Part shown: in pieces, positions 55,726-56,869 of the stretch
Position numbering within the stretch: position 1 is the first letter of the stretch
Layout of the letters: every line of letters starts with the position of its first letter
Assembly: GCA_944392445.1 (NCBI GenBank)
Contig: CALXWT010000003.1
Coordinates: 1 to 56,869 of the forward strand
Length of the DNA stretch: 56,869 nt
Source of the DNA: an uncultured Clostridia bacterium
GTDB lineage: Bacteria; Bacillota; Clostridia; TANB77; CAG-508
Direction of reading: 5' to 3'
Notes under the pieces: generated by a model
Database searches by the model: none
Told to the model about the DNA's origin: nothing
The model's input: only the letters and a program-made list of their open reading frames with translations
Program-made: the position numbers and the translations under genes

Positions 55726-56869
55726 TTAGAATTCGCAATTCTTTGGTGTCCTTGGGAAAGGTAGTACATCTCTAATATTTTGAATACCTGTTAAATACAT
55801 CATCATTCTTTCAAATCCTAAACCAAAACCTGAATGTGGACAACTACCATATTTACGTAAGTCTAGGTACCACCAATAATCTTCTTCTGATAAATTTAAT
55901 TCTTTCATTCTCTTAGATAGTTTTTCAAAGTCATCTTCTCTTTGGCTACCACCAATTATTTCTCCGATTCCAGAAACAAGTAAATCAGCTGCTGCAACTG
56001 TTTTTCCGTCTGGATTTTGTTTCATATAAAAGGCTTTAATCTCAGTTGGATAATCTGTAACAAATACAGGGCGCTTAAATACAACTTCACTTAAATACCT
56101 TTCATGCTCTGTTTGAATATCAGTTCCCCAGTGAACAGGAAACTCAAATTTATCGTTTACTTTTTCTAGTTCTTTAATTGCATCAGTATATGTAATTCTT
56201 CCAAAATCAGAATTTACTACATTATCTAATTTTTCAAATAATCCTGTATCAATAAATTTATTAAAGAATTCCATTTCCTCAGGAGCATTTTCTCTAACAT
56301 AAGTAATAATGTACTTAATCATTTCTTCTGCTAAATCCATTGCATCTTTTAAATCTGCAAAGCATATTTCAGGTTCTATCATCCAAAATTCTGCAGCATG
56401 CTTTACAGTATTTGAGTTTTCAGCTCTAAATGTAGGTCCAAATGTATATACATTTCTAAATGCATGTGCAAAAGTTTCTACATCAAGTTGTCCACTAACT
56501 GTCAAATGAGAAGATTTTCCAAAAAAGTCTTGAGAAAAATCTACACTTCCATCTTCTGCTTTAGGTAGGTTGTCCATATCTAATGAAGTAACTCTAAACA
56601 TTTCTCCGGCACCCTCACAGTCACTACCTGTAATTATTGGAGCATGAACATATACAAATCCTTTTTCTTGAAAGAATTTGTGTATTGCATAAGAAAGTAC
56701 AGACCTTACTCTAAATACGGCATTAAATGTATTTGTTCTTGGACGCAAGTGAGCAATAGTTCTTAAGTATTCAAAAGAATGTTTTTTCTTTTGAAGTGGG
56801 TAATTTAAATCTGCTAGATTTACCACTTGGACTTTGCTAGCTTTTATTTCAAAAGGTTGTTTCGCATTT
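55726..56869 (-). CDS. asnS: Asparagine--tRNA ligase (C-terminal ~380 codons; N-terminus lies beyond the window end)
   Basis: Class II aaRS motifs FRAE, GSQRE, and C-terminal [34 protein letters not shown]. The frame stays open to position 56869. Confidence 0.9.
   Translation of the reverse strand, partial: NAKQPFEIKASKVQVVNLADLNYPLQKKKHSFEYLRTIAHLRPRTNTFNAVFRVRSVLSYAIHKFFQEKGFVYVHAPIITGSDCEGAGEMFRVTSLDMDNLPKAEDGSVDFSQDFFGKSSHLTVSGQLDVETFAHAFRNVYTFGPTFRAENSNTVKHAAEFWMIEPEICFADLKDAMDLAEEMIKYIITYVRENAPEEMEFFNKFIDTGLFEKLDNVVNSDFGRITYTDAIKELEKVNDKFEFPVHWGTDIQTEHERYLSEVVFKRPVFVTDYPTEIKAFYMKQNPDGKTVAAADLLVSGIGEIIGGSQREDDFEKLSKRMKELNLSEEDYWWYLDLRKYGSCPHSGFGLGFERMMMYLTGIQNIRDVLPFPRTPKNCEF

Noticed and set aside
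55554-55769. 71-aa minus-strand ORF spanning the asnS stop, terminator and island promoter
   Set aside because: It crosses a terminator hairpin, an (AT)7 run and a promoter. It also overlaps both asnS and the 104-aa gene in other frames.
1-56869. Prophage, IS element, integrative element or CRISPR-Cas locus
   Set aside because: I found no integrase, transposase, recombinase, phage structural gene or cas-like ORF in any frame. The tRNA-Met gene at 6562 has no adjacent integrase or att-like duplication that I could see.

Overview
This window looks like a low-GC chromosome segment from a spore-forming Firmicute of the class Clostridia. Hand counts of ordinary 60-nt lines give about 11-20 G+C per line. 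Most of it is core housekeeping. In order, it holds feoA, dut, a CarD-like regulator, dnaG-rpoD, a relB/yafQ toxin-antitoxin remnant, tRNA-Met(CAT), ylbJ, splB, mgtA and deoD. Next come an agrB-agrD locus with a convergent agrC/agrA-like pair, pdaA, yqfC-yqfD, a ybeY-dgkA fusion gene, and an [FeFe]-hydrogenase operon (hydC-hydB-GNAT-hydA). These are followed by era-yqzL-recO (recO is frameshifted), three glycosyltransferase-type genes, pth, rng and an acyl-CoA ligase. The window ends with rimP-nusA-ylxR-ylxQ-infB-rbfA-nrnA-truB, a 6S-like RNA candidate, prmC-whiA, hemW, a monofunctional transglycosylase, murC, spoVG and a partial asnS. I found no rRNA, CRISPR array, integrase or transposase. 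The strongest candidate for an undescribed system is a ~1.1-kb island at about 54.54-55.66 kb, between spoVG and asnS. Hand counts there give 25-30 G+C per 60 nt. It carries two small orphan genes (160 aa and 104 aa), each with its own promoter, and I cannot assign either to a family. A second GC-shifted orphan gene (136 aa, membrane-anchored, with a perfect consensus promoter) sits at 24.3-24.9 kb. The intergenic DNA is also rich in structured repeat families: a ~190-bp MITE-like element in two inverted copies, a ~280-bp nested palindrome upstream of mgtA, roughly 90-130-bp palindromic units around the hydrogenase genes and era, 32-nt hairpin repeats built on a CCTGTCCC core, and a shared ~55-nt leader before hydA and hemW. 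All family calls come from motifs read by eye, because no database search was possible.
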